DNA of 64,000 nt, taken from contig JAGMCR010000004.1 in the NCBI GenBank assembly GCA_023129115.1, positions 1-64,000 on the forward strand, written 5' to 3'. A program made the translations under genes and the position numbers. Position 1 is the first letter of the stretch. Each line of letters begins with the position of its first letter. Below, one piece after another: positions 28,015-37,183 of the stretch. The stretch is from Candidatus Iainarchaeum sp. (GTDB taxonomy: Archaea > B1Sed10-29 > WALL01). The notes below the pieces were generated by a model that saw nothing but the letters and a program-made list of their open reading frames with translations, was not told the origin of the DNA and did not search any database.

Positions 28015-28287
28015 TTACTTGACCGCCTTCTTAAAGGCGTCTCCGGCCCTGAAGCGGGGCACCCGTGCAGCCGCAATGCGCATGCGCATTCCGGTCTGGG
28101 GGTTGCGGCCCATGCGTGCAGCACGCCTCGCGCGGTAGAACGTGCCAAAGCCGACGAGGGTAACCCTCTGGCCCTTCTTGACCGCGGAGGTAATCTCGTT
28201 GATCATAGTGTCGATGGCATCGTTCGCAAGCCTCTGCGAAACGTCCAGCTTCTTGGCTAGCCTCAGAGTAAGGTCGTGTTTGTTCAT
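28015..28287 (-). CDS. hup: Bacterial-type histone-like protein HU
   Basis: MNK.DL, VTLVGFGTF, R.GRNPQTG, PRFRAG. Confidence 0.93.
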   Translation of the reverse strand: MNKHDLTLRLAKKLDVSQRLANDAIDTMINEITSAVKKGQRVTLVGFGTFYRARRAARMGRNPQTGMRMRIAAARVPRFRAGDAFKKAVK

Positions 28288-28349
28288 TCATACACCTCTT
28301 TGCGGGCGAAAATACAAACCGCCCGCGGGGAATTACAGCTACCTAGTAT

Positions 28350-29084
28350 TTAATCCTTTCGAAAATGGCTCAGGAAAGCCTTTTCCATAACATGCAGTTC
28401 GCCCGGCACTATTAGGATATGAAGCCCAGTGCCGTGGTCCATTTCCGCCAGCTCCGCCGCCCTGCCGAACACAATACCGGTGTCCCCGCCGACCCGGCTC
28501 ATCGCAACAACTTCCCGCCCACCAAAAGAAGAGTCAATCTCCGTGAGGACCCCAATCGCCTCGCTGGGGGTCATCTGCCTCTCGCCCTTGATGTCGAGCA
28601 GCAGCAGCGTGTGCAGGCCGCGCGCCGAATTCTCCTTGACAGCATCGTAAAAGCTCGTGGGCCTGAAGTTCTCTTCCCAGAACGTCACGGTCGCGGTCTT
28701 GCCGAACTTGTAGATTTGCAAGCCAGACTCCGCCACCGCCGAGAAAATACTCGCGTTGTGGACTACCCTAGTCTCAATCCCTTTCTCCCACGCCCGCATC
28801 AAGAGGTCCGCGTGCGTCGTACACACCAGTGGGTCCCCGCCCACAAGCAGCGCAACGTCCTTTTCCTTTGCCTCGTCCATCCACGCGGTGTCCTGCTCCA
28901 GGTCCTCCCGCGCCAGCAGCGGCAATTCCTTCCCCACCAATTCCTCCAGCTTCTCCTTGGATGACCCCTTCAGTACCGAAGTGTACTCCTCGAGGTATAC
29001 CTCGTCACACTTCTTCGCGATTTCCAGGCCCTTGACTGTTATGTCTTTTTCGTCCCACAGCCCGAGCCCAATCAAGTAAAGCAT
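28350..29084 (-). CDS. dph5: Diphthine synthase
   Basis: MLYLIGLGL, LEEYTS, GDPLV.TTH, GLQIYKFGKT, GLHTLLLLD. Confidence 0.95.
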   Translation of the reverse strand: MLYLIGLGLWDEKDITVKGLEIAKKCDEVYLEEYTSVLKGSSKEKLEELVGKELPLLAREDLEQDTAWMDEAKEKDVALLVGGDPLVCTTHADLLMRAWEKGIETRVVHNASIFSAVAESGLQIYKFGKTATVTFWEENFRPTSFYDAVKENSARGLHTLLLLDIKGERQMTPSEAIGVLTEIDSSFGGREVVAMSRVGGDTGIVFGRAAELAEMDHGTGLHILIVPGELHVMEKAFLSHFRKD

Positions 29085-29085
29085 C

Positions 29086-29850
29086 TCAAACACCTATGAA
29101 TACCCTCGCGAGGTCCCGCAGCCCCGGCGCGAGGCCAAGCGCCACAATAGCAATCTTGAGCAGCCAGTTCCAGTCGCCCTTGTCCTTGTCAATCACGTGC
29201 AGCGCGCCCAGCACGAGCGTGACTTTCACGAGCGGGAACAAAAACGGCGTGGGCTGCATCACAAGCGCCGACACCACGTGCTGCTCCCTGTAGCCCAAAA
29301 ACGCAATCGGAATCGCGGACGCCACCGAGTCAAGCACCTGGCCGAGCGCGACAACCCTGTTCTCCCTCGAGGCCAGCGTCTTCCTGAACACCATGCACAG
29401 CAGCACCACCACCAGCACCGCCACCCCAACAATCAAGAGCAGCCACTGCAAGTTGAACGCGACGGAGTAAGCCACCGCGACCACGAGCCCCACCGCCGCG
29501 GCAGCAAGCACCCACCCAACTTTCCTTATTTTTTCCAGGTCCCTGCCCGTGGCAATGATTATCCCAATGACCAGGCCCGCCATCATCAAATAAATCCCCG
29601 GCGTGATGAGCAGCCAGTGCTTCACCACCCACGCGTCCTGCAGCGCACGCACCAGCCCGCCGAGCACGAGGTACGGAAGCAGCGCGTAAAACAATTTTTT
29701 GCCTATTTTTATCTTCCACTTCTTCAGCAGCCACTTCACGCCGTACAGCCCAACAATGAAAAGAACAGCATAAGCAATCGTGTTGAATATGTTGTACCCC
29801 TCCCCCGTATAGACCGGCCGAATGAAATACGCCTCAATAAACTCCCACAT
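29086..29850 (-). CDS. DUF63 family membrane protein
   Basis: GYNIFNT..Y, R.L.D, ITPG.Y, EQH, LGLAPGLRD. Confidence 0.85.
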   Translation of the reverse strand: MWEFIEAYFIRPVYTGEGYNIFNTIAYAVLFIVGLYGVKWLLKKWKIKIGKKLFYALLPYLVLGGLVRALQDAWVVKHWLLITPGIYLMMAGLVIGIIIATGRDLEKIRKVGWVLAAAAVGLVVAVAYSVAFNLQWLLLIVGVAVLVVVLLCMVFRKTLASRENRVVALGQVLDSVASAIPIAFLGYREQHVVSALVMQPTPFLFPLVKVTLVLGALHVIDKDKGDWNWLLKIAIVALGLAPGLRDLARVFIGV

Positions 29851-30801
29851 TCAGAACAACCCAAACAGCTTCGCTATGAACAGTGCGTAAAGGGCAAGCA
29901 GCCCGTACCCCTCATAGTGCCCAATCTTCCGGTCCATCGCCACGACGACGAACATCGCCAGCGTCGCCAGCAGGAACGGAAGCCCAACATCCAGAATCAC
30001 GCCGTTCGCAGTCAGCGGCACGAAAAGCCCCGGCAGCCCGGTGACCACAAGCGCGTTGAAAATGCACGACCCGGTGACGTTCCCAATCGCGAGCTCGTAC
30101 TTTTTCTTCATCGCCGCCTTAATCGACACCGCGAGCTCCGGCAGCGAAGTCCCGATTGCCACCGCGCTTGCCGCAATCACTGTCGCGGGAATCGCGAACT
30201 CTCCCGCAACCCCGATTATGCCCTCGACGCAGTAGTGCGCGCCAACCAGCACGCCCGCCCCCCCCAGCAGCATCTCCATAACCCCGTGCCGCATCTTCTT
30301 GCCGTCCCGGGTGGCCGTCTTATCGCGGTGCGTGCGCAGCGTGTACTTGAAGTAAACCCCATAGAGCAGTAGCGCGAGCGCGGCCTCGCCGAAGCTGAAC
30401 ACCCCGTCCGCCACCGCGAGCCACAAATAAGCCGTCGACGCGACAATCAGTGGCATGTCGACCTGCACAATGTCCCACCTGATTTTCATCCTCGCGTGCA
30501 CGCCCCCAATCATCCTCGTCGCGAACGCCGCCGCGCCAAGCACCAGCGCAATGTTCGCGATGTTCGAGCCAATCACGTTGCCCAGCACAATCGTTATCGC
30601 CTCGGGCGTGCCGTTCATGATGGCGAATATCGACGTGAACAACTCCGGAATCGACGTCCCTATGCTGGCCACTGTGGCGCCTATGACAAAAGGGGAAACC
30701 CCGAGTGCCATCGCCATCTTTTCCGCGCCCTCTGTGAAGTAGTCCGCGGACTTGACGAGCACTGCCAGGGCAATAATCAGCATGGCAATAGGCACGAGCA
30801 T
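29851..30801 (-). CDS. Ca2+/Na+ antiporter (CaCA/YrbG family)
   Basis: Two alpha repeats: GTSIPE...GNVIGSN and GTSLPE...GNVTGS. Confidence 0.92.
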   Translation of the reverse strand: MLVPIAMLIIALAVLVKSADYFTEGAEKMAMALGVSPFVIGATVASIGTSIPELFTSIFAIMNGTPEAITIVLGNVIGSNIANIALVLGAAAFATRMIGGVHARMKIRWDIVQVDMPLIVASTAYLWLAVADGVFSFGEAALALLLYGVYFKYTLRTHRDKTATRDGKKMRHGVMEMLLGGAGVLVGAHYCVEGIIGVAGEFAIPATVIAASAVAIGTSLPELAVSIKAAMKKKYELAIGNVTGSCIFNALVVTGLPGLFVPLTANGVILDVGLPFLLATLAMFVVVAMDRKIGHYEGYGLLALYALFIAKLFGLF

Positions 30802-30854
30802 TACAGTCCTTTTCACTCCCAACCTTTAATAACATTCCCGCCCAAGTCAACGCC

Positions 30855-31856
30855 GTGCTGTTCGTGAAGGCGCCGGCAGAAGTCGCGGAATCCATCCGCA
30901 AGAAGATGCTGGCCGCAGAAATCTTTGACCCCAACCACGCCGTGGAAAAAAGCAAGAGCCACGTCTATTTCCCTGCGGCCAAGCGCGCCCCAGGCTTCGA
31001 CTTCGTCGAGCGCAAGGCCCGCACACGCAAGCGCAAGCCGCGCTCGCTCCGGGAGGCCCTCGAGGGCAAGCTCGCCCCGGCCGACCTTGACGTCCTCGTC
31101 ACGTCGTTCGACACAATCGGCGACATCGCGGTCATCGAGGTCCGCTACGGCCTCGACGAAGCCCTGATTGGCAACGCAATCCTCGAGTCCCACCCCGCAA
31201 TCAAGACCGTCTGCAAAAAAGGCGGCGCCCACACCGGCCCGTTCCGCGTGATGCCGGTCAAGGTAATCGCGGGGGAAAACAAGACGTCCGCAGTCTACCA
31301 GGAGCACGGCGTCCGCATGAGGGTCGATGTGGACAGGGTGTACTTTTCCCCCCGCCTCTCGTCGGAGCGCCTGCGCATCGCAAAGCAGGTGGTCCCGGGC
31401 GAGGAAATCGCGGGCTTTTTCGCGGGCGTGGGCCCGTTCCCCCTCGTCATCGCCAAGAAAAAGAAGTGCAGGATATACGCCGTCGAGCTGAACCCGCACG
31501 CGTTCGAGCTCATGAGGGAAAACATCGCGATGAACAAGCTGCGCGGCGAGATACTCCCAACGCTCGGCGACGTCCGCGAAATCGCGCCCTACATCCCGAA
31601 GTGCGACCGCGTGCTCATGCCCTCGCCCAAGACGGGCGAGTCGTTCCTCGAGCCGTGCATCTCCGCGGCAAAGCCCGGCGGCGTGGTGCACTACTACGAG
31701 TTCGCCCCGGACGAAGACCCCTACTCGGGCGCAATCAAGCGCATCGAGGCGGCAGCCGAGTCACTGGGCCGAAAGGCAAAAATACTGAACAGGCGCGTGG
31801 TGCGCCCGCACTCGGTCCGCGTCTCCCAAGTCGCGATTGACTTCAGCGTCAACTGA
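30855..31856 (+). CDS. Trm5/TYW2-family SAM-dependent tRNA-modifying enzyme
   Basis: D.IGDIA, VYFSPRLS.ER, FAGVGPF, ELNP, G.VHYY. Confidence 0.88.
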   Translation: MLFVKAPAEVAESIRKKMLAAEIFDPNHAVEKSKSHVYFPAAKRAPGFDFVERKARTRKRKPRSLREALEGKLAPADLDVLVTSFDTIGDIAVIEVRYGLDEALIGNAILESHPAIKTVCKKGGAHTGPFRVMPVKVIAGENKTSAVYQEHGVRMRVDVDRVYFSPRLSSERLRIAKQVVPGEEIAGFFAGVGPFPLVIAKKKKCRIYAVELNPHAFELMRENIAMNKLRGEILPTLGDVREIAPYIPKCDRVLMPSPKTGESFLEPCISAAKPGGVVHYYEFAPDEDPYSGAIKRIEAAAESLGRKAKILNRRVVRPHSVRVSQVAIDFSVN

Positions 31857-32691
31857 TTAGATTCCTTGGCCTGCCGTTCCGCCACGCCACGAGGTTCCCA
31901 ACAAAAATCTCCATGCCTTTCTCCCGTGATTCTTCACTTCTCCACGCAGTGTGCGGCGTGGTTATCGCGTTCGGCAGCTCCGTCCTCGAGTGGTAGTCCA
32001 GGTCGACCGCAGCGCCACCCAGCTTTTTTGTTTTCAACGCCTCTGCCAGAGCGTTGTTGTCCACCACGGCTTCCCTAGCAGAATTAATCAAAAACGCGCC
32101 TTTCTTCATCAACGCGATTTCCTTTTCTCCAATGAACCCTCTTGTCTCACTGTTAAGCGCTAGATGAATTGAGACAAAGTCACTCTCTCCCAAGAGCTTT
32201 TCCAGCGCCACTTGGTACGGCTTTTTTTCCTTCCGGTCCCACGCAATGGCTCTCATCCCAAGCCCTTCTCCGCGTGACACAACTCCCTTGCCGATTGCGC
32301 CCAGCCCAATCACGCCAAGCGTCTTCCCCTCCAGCCCTTCTTTCCCGGCCAGCCGCTGCATCATCGTGACAGTCCAGTCCACGACTTCTTTTGTGCAATA
32401 GTCCGGGCAATTGCTCACTTTTACGCCGGCCTCCTTTGCCGCCCCGATGTCAACCCACTCGTATCCCGTCACGTAAACTGATACAAATCTCAATTCAGGA
32501 AGCGACTCGAAAAACCTCTTGGTGAGCGGGCCTGTGCGGGACCACACGGCGAGGACTGCCTCAGCTCCCCTGCATTTGGCAATCAGGTCCCGCTCGTCTT
32601 TTACTTTCTCGCCGCAGAACTCCGCGGGCCCTATCAATCCCATCTGCTCTTCCGAGAACACTTTTTTCGGGAGAAAAACGACAGTCTTCAT
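31849..32691 (-). CDS. D-isomer-specific 2-hydroxyacid dehydrogenase
   Basis: GVIGLGAIG, MKKGAFLINSAR, TPHTAW. Confidence 0.9.
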   Translation of the reverse strand: MKTVVFLPKKVFSEEQMGLIGPAEFCGEKVKDERDLIAKCRGAEAVLAVWSRTGPLTKRFFESLPELRFVSVYVTGYEWVDIGAAKEAGVKVSNCPDYCTKEVVDWTVTMMQRLAGKEGLEGKTLGVIGLGAIGKGVVSRGEGLGMRAIAWDRKEKKPYQVALEKLLGESDFVSIHLALNSETRGFIGEKEIALMKKGAFLINSAREAVVDNNALAEALKTKKLGGAAVDLDYHSRTELPNAITTPHTAWRSEESREKGMEIFVGNLVAWRNGRPRNLIS

Positions 32692-33941
32692 TGCAGTTCC
32701 TTCACGATTTCCTGCGCCCTGTCCACGCGGACCTTCTTTTCCTTGACGAGCTGCTGCGCCACTTTGTCAATCATATCGCCCTTGGCGCCCGCGAGCACTG
32801 CGATGTTCTTGGCGTGCAGGTTCATGTGCCCGCGCTGTATGCCTTCCGTGGCCAGCGCGCGGAGCGCCGCAAAGTTCTGCGCCAATCCCACCATCGCGAT
32901 TATCTGCCCGAGCTCCTGCGCGGTCTTCACGCCGAGTATCTTCACGTTCGCTCTTGCAACTGGATGTGTCTTAGTCGCCCCGCCGACGAGGCCCACGGGC
33001 GTCGGAATCTCTATCGACCCCACCAAGTTCCCGTCAGCGTCCTTTTCATAGTGCGTCAGCGGGCTGTACTTCCCGCTGCGGGCCGCGAACGAGTGCGCGC
33101 CCGCCTCCACGGCGCGGAAGTCGTTCCCCGTCGCAATCACTACTGCCGTGACCCCGTTCATGGCTCCCTTGTTGTGGGTGGTGCAGCGGTACTGGTCTGC
33201 CGCGGCGAACGCGTAGGCCTGGATTATCCGGTCCACGACTTCTTCGCCGCCGATGGCTTCCTTGTCCCACACTGCGCGGGCACTAGAGGTTCTGTGCACC
33301 GCGAGGTTGCTGATTATCCTGAGCCGCGCCTCCCCGCCTGTTATCTCTTCAAGCATCGGCGCGATTCCCTCGACCATGGTGTTGACTGCGTTGGCGCCCA
33401 TCGCGTCCCTGCAGTCCACGAGCAAGTGGCAAATTAGCATCTTCCCCACGATGCTGTCCACGACCCGCGCCTCGACGTCCCTCGCGCCGCCGCCGAACTT
33501 GACGAGAATGGGGTCGAGGGAGTTCGCCTTTTCAATTAATTCTTTTTTCCTCGCCAGAATCTGCACGATGGCGCCCTCGGGGTCGGGGACGTCCAGGAGC
33601 TGTATCTGCCCAATCATTATTGGCTCCGAGGCCTCGGTGGTGAACCCGCCCCTGATGCGCGCGAGCTTGGCCGCGTAGCTGCACGCAGCGACGACGCTCG
33701 GCTCCTCAATCGCCATTGGGATGAACTTGTCCTCGCCGTTGATTTTGAAGTTCACCGCAATCCCCAGGGGTATGGGCATTTCGCCGATAACGTTCTCTAT
33801 CATGCGGTTGGCCTGCTCCATGGGGAGCATGGCGTTGGCAATGGCCTCCTTTTCCTCGTCGCTCAAGCCCGTTTCCGCAGCGACCTGGTCGAGCCGCTCC
33901 TTCGGGCTAAGCTTGTAAAACCCGGAGACTTGTGAGTTCAC
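32688..33941 (-). CDS. mvaA: HMG-CoA reductase, class II (bacterial type)
   Basis: ENVIG, MAIEEPSVVAA, DAMGAN, THNKG, GIQRGHM.LH; GTG start after a GAGGTG RBS. Confidence 0.93.
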   Translation of the reverse strand: MNSQVSGFYKLSPKERLDQVAAETGLSDEEKEAIANAMLPMEQANRMIENVIGEMPIPLGIAVNFKINGEDKFIPMAIEEPSVVAACSYAAKLARIRGGFTTEASEPIMIGQIQLLDVPDPEGAIVQILARKKELIEKANSLDPILVKFGGGARDVEARVVDSIVGKMLICHLLVDCRDAMGANAVNTMVEGIAPMLEEITGGEARLRIISNLAVHRTSSARAVWDKEAIGGEEVVDRIIQAYAFAAADQYRCTTHNKGAMNGVTAVVIATGNDFRAVEAGAHSFAARSGKYSPLTHYEKDADGNLVGSIEIPTPVGLVGGATKTHPVARANVKILGVKTAQELGQIIAMVGLAQNFAALRALATEGIQRGHMNLHAKNIAVLAGAKGDMIDKVAQQLVKEKKVRVDRAQEIVKELQ

Positions 33942-34020
33942 TGTTTGACACCTCGGCATTATTTGGTGGGCGCTAGTATTTTAAAGTTGGGGCGCGTTTG
34001 TCCCCATGAGGTGTTCAGTT

Positions 34021-34482
34021 ATGGGCCTTTTTGACAAGCTACTGCCACCCGGGAAAATGGAGCTGACTCTTGACAAGTTCAATTACGCGACTGGCGAGAC
34101 CATCAAGGGCACGGCCAGCCTGACGACGAACAAGCCAATCCACGCCAAAGGAGTTTTCGTGAAGCTATTCGCCCTCGAGAAAGTCTCGAGCACAACGGGC
34201 GGGTCGCACAGCTCAAGCACGCGCACGGTGTTCGACTTCCAGCAGCCGCTGGACAACGAAAGGGACTACAATGGCGGGGTCTACGACTTCAAAATCACAA
34301 TCCCAAAGCAGCCCCAGCAGGGCGACCAGAAAGCCGTCCAGATGGCGCAGACCGCCGCCGCAGCCATCAACGCACTGCAGGGCAAGTTCCAGTCGCGCAA
34401 CCTAAAGTGGTTCGTCGAGGCAAAGCTCGACATCCCCGGCGGCAGGGACATCAGCAAAAAAGTGCAGATAAACGTGGCGTAG
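34021..34482 (+). CDS. Arrestin-N/SpoOM-like beta-sandwich protein
   Basis: L.K.NY..GETIKG.A.L, Y.FKITIP and WFVEAKLDIPG..D pattern; GAGGTG RBS. Confidence 0.6.
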   Translation: MGLFDKLLPPGKMELTLDKFNYATGETIKGTASLTTNKPIHAKGVFVKLFALEKVSSTTGGSHSSSTRTVFDFQQPLDNERDYNGGVYDFKITIPKQPQQGDQKAVQMAQTAAAAINALQGKFQSRNLKWFVEAKLDIPGGRDISKKVQINVA

Positions 34483-34497
34483 CAGCCTGTTTTGTTT

Positions 34498-35205
34498 TTA
34501 CTTGTTCAGGCTTTCCCACAGTATCTGCTCTGTTGGGTTGACGCTGACTCCATCCCCACTGATTTCGAAGGGGTGGATGCGCTTGTCGTGGTCCGTGCCC
34601 CTCATCTTCTTGACGAAGACCGACCGCACCGGCGGGAAAAAGTAGAGCGCGAGCACGCCGTCGACAACGAACTCTTCCACGCCGAAGCGCGAGAACTCGT
34701 CCCTCTTGCCCCCGGTCTCCGAGAGAAGCAGCGTCGTGCAGTTCAGCTTCTTCATTTCCGTGATGAGCTTGAACAAGTTGTAACGAATGTCCGCGTCGCT
34801 GCCCATGAACATCCCGAACGCAGTCGTCGAGTCAATGACCAGCCGCTTCGCGCCCATCTCGTTGACCATGTCCTTTATCTTGCCAATCTCTTCGTCGAAC
34901 TGGAGCGCGAACTCCTTGGGGTTGAACATGCCAACCCGGTAAATCTTGATTAGGTTCTCCTGCTGCATCTTCGCGATGTTCCAGTGGAAGCTCTTCATGT
35001 TCCACCAGATGTTCGTCGTCCCCTCCTCAAGAGTGATGTAAATGCCGGGGTCGTTGTACTCCGCCGCGCCGTTGTAAATGTACTGCGTCGAAAAAATGGT
35101 CTTTCCCGACCCGGCGCCCCCCGCGACCAGTATCGAGGATCCCTGCAAAAAGCCCCCCTGCAGGAGGTCGTCCATGCCCGGAATGCCGGTAGAAACGCGT
35201 TCCAT
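34498..35205 (-). CDS. KaiC/RAD55-like single-domain ATPase
   Basis: RVSTGIPG.D.L..GG, GGAGSGKT, ITLEE, VIDS, KMRGT.H. Confidence 0.9.
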   Translation of the reverse strand: MERVSTGIPGMDDLLQGGFLQGSSILVAGGAGSGKTIFSTQYIYNGAAEYNDPGIYITLEEGTTNIWWNMKSFHWNIAKMQQENLIKIYRVGMFNPKEFALQFDEEIGKIKDMVNEMGAKRLVIDSTTAFGMFMGSDADIRYNLFKLITEMKKLNCTTLLLSETGGKRDEFSRFGVEEFVVDGVLALYFFPPVRSVFVKKMRGTDHDKRIHPFEISGDGVSVNPTEQILWESLNK

Positions 35206-35267
35206 AGCCAAAACCTTTAAATTAGCTGTTTTAATAACAATATAACGGGTAAGGACTATTTAAGGGT

Positions 35268-36029
35268 ATGGGAACCATGGACGTCCACGACCAACTCGTA
35301 GAAATTGTAGAAAATCCGGACTGGAAATCCCTACTCACGGGCATAGTCAAGGCCGAGGGCATGGACCCCTGGGACATCGACGTCACCATCCTCTCCGGAA
35401 AGTACCTAGACAAAATCAGGGCAATGAAAACAATAGACTTCCGCGTCCCCGCCAACGCAGTCCTCTGCTCGTCAATACTCATCCGCTTCAAGAGCGACGC
35501 GTGGGAGCTCTACCCCCGGGAAGAATACGAGGACAAGCTCGAGGACGACCACTGGGAATACATAATCGACGGCCAGCGCGTGCCCGACCTCGACCCCGCC
35601 AGGCGAATCACGCGCCGCCGCATCACCATCGACGACTTAATCACCGCAGTAGAAAAAGTAATGGAAACAGAGCGCAAGCGCGCCATGCGCCAGCGCGAGC
35701 GCCTCGAGGTCCCGCAAGAGCTCGTCAACATCGCGTTCGAGGACCGCGAGGACTTCGAGAAAATGGTCGAGACCGTGTACAAGCGCGTGCTCGCCAGCGC
35801 CGACAGCAAAAAAATCGCGATGTTCTCGCAAGTCGTCCCAGGCAACACGCGCACCGACACCATCATGACACTCCTCCCACTCATGCACCTCGCGACGCGC
35901 GGCCGCCTCGCGGTGGCGCAGGAAGAAATCTTTGGCGAAATATTCATTTTCCTGGACGGCAATGGAAATGGCAAAAAAGCATCTCGTAGAAGCAGCACTG
36001 TTCATGAGCGCCGAGCCGCTGACAATTGA
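35268..36029 (+). CDS. scpA: Segregation/condensation protein A (kleisin)
   Basis: MDPWDIDV..L..KYL, RRITIDDL, LMHL....L...QEEIFGEI. Confidence 0.88.
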   Translation: MGTMDVHDQLVEIVENPDWKSLLTGIVKAEGMDPWDIDVTILSGKYLDKIRAMKTIDFRVPANAVLCSSILIRFKSDAWELYPREEYEDKLEDDHWEYIIDGQRVPDLDPARRITRRRITIDDLITAVEKVMETERKRAMRQRERLEVPQELVNIAFEDREDFEKMVETVYKRVLASADSKKIAMFSQVVPGNTRTDTIMTLLPLMHLATRGRLAVAQEEIFGEIFIFLDGNGNGKKASRRSSTVHERRAADN

Positions 36030-36774
36030 CCAGCTCGGCAAAATCATGGACTCGGAATCGCTCGGAAAGGCACTGGGCGTGCTCGACTCCCTAGTCCTGG
36101 ACTTCAACCAGCGCGACTCCGCGCTCGAGATAGCCAAGACAACGGACGGCCGCTACCGCATGCAGGTCCGCGGCGACTACCTGACGAGCGTGAAGCACCT
36201 CGCCATCTCCACCGACCTGCCCAAAAGCGCTTTGCGCACCCTCGCAATCATTGCGTTCAAGCAGCCCATCAAGCAAAGCATCGTCGTCAAGATGCGCGGC
36301 AACAAGGCGTACGACCACATCGAGCGCCTGCGCGAAGAAGGCTTCGTCAAGAAGACACGCGAGGGCAACACTTACATCCTCGAGACCACGAAAAAGTTCA
36401 TCGACTACTTCGGCGAGCCCATACAAAACACTGACTTCGTGCCCAAGGACACACAAACCATTCTCGGCGGCCAGGACTACGGCACAGCCGACTCAGCCAC
36501 TCCACCCGAGCCTACTACTCCAACCGGGGGGCAAGAGAACACCCCAACCGGGGAACAAGAGGACACGCCAACAGGGGGAGCCCCAACCGAAGCAGCTAAG
36601 ACTCCAACCGGGGGGTTGCCAATTGGCAACCCCCCCAGTTCTTCTGAGGAGGAAGCCCCCAGTTCTTCCGGGGACGAAACCAAGGCAGAGGAAGCCACTG
36701 AAGCCGAGGAAGCAACTGAAGCCACCGAGGCCGAAGAAGCCGAACAGCCAACGGAGGAAGAAGAAAATGCATAA
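35968..36774 (+). CDS. scpB: Segregation/condensation protein B with a long acidic/Pro-Thr tail
   Basis: VEAALF....PL, LRTLAIIAFKQPI.Q..V..RG, TTKKF.DYFG. Confidence 0.92.
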   Translation: MAKKHLVEAALFMSAEPLTIDQLGKIMDSESLGKALGVLDSLVLDFNQRDSALEIAKTTDGRYRMQVRGDYLTSVKHLAISTDLPKSALRTLAIIAFKQPIKQSIVVKMRGNKAYDHIERLREEGFVKKTREGNTYILETTKKFIDYFGEPIQNTDFVPKDTQTILGGQDYGTADSATPPEPTTPTGGQENTPTGEQEDTPTGGAPTEAAKTPTGGLPIGNPPSSSEEEAPSSSGDETKAEEATEAEEATEATEAEEAEQPTEEEENA

Positions 36775-36862
36775 GAACACTGTGATGATTCTCGTGTCAG
36801 CCGCGCTGATTATCGGCCTGCTTATCTGGGCCGCGTACCTCGCGTATACAATGCTGATGTAA
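36767..36862 (+). CDS. 31-aa single-TM microprotein
   Basis: MHKNTVMILVSAALIIGLLIWAAYLAYTMLM; ATG overlaps the end of scpB. Confidence 0.5.
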   Translation: MHKNTVMILVSAALIIGLLIWAAYLAYTMLM

Positions 36863-36918
36863 AGCTTTTTAAAGCAAAACAGGCACAATAAGCCCACGAT
36901 TTGCTATTACCATCCATT

Positions 36919-36992
36919 GGGGGGGTAGCTTAGCCAGGTAGAGCGCCTGACTGATAATCAGGAGGTCGAGAGTTCAAATCTCTCCCTCCCCA
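36919..36992 (+). tRNA. tRNA-Ile(GAT)
   Basis: Acceptor GGGGGGG/CCTCCCC; CCTGA-CT-GAT-AA-TCAGG; GAGAG-TTCAAAT-CTCTC. Confidence 0.95.
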
Positions 36993-36994
36993 CT

Positions 36995-37068
36995 AACCCT
37001 TTTCCTGCTACAAGGGGCTTGCTTGCCTGCAAACCCCTTGAACGGTGGAAAAGCGTTAACGGAAAAAA
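36995..37068 (+). repeat. Palindromic repeat element family A, copy 2
   Basis: AACCCTTTTCCTGCTAC-[hairpin]-GAACGGTGGAAAAGCGTTAACGGAAAAA, starting 2 bp after tRNA-Ile. Confidence 0.75.
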
Positions 37069-37183
37069 GTATCGCGGGGAACAGCAAATTGCTGTCCCCC
37101 CAAGTAATCGGGGAACAGCATCCCCAACCCCTTAGGGGGGAATGGCGCAATGCCACCCCCCTTCATACGGGAGATGGAAACGT

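Noticed and set aside
34498-35205. Circadian clock system
   Set aside because: Single-domain KaiC-like ATPases are common in archaea, and no KaiA, KaiB or double-domain KaiC is present.
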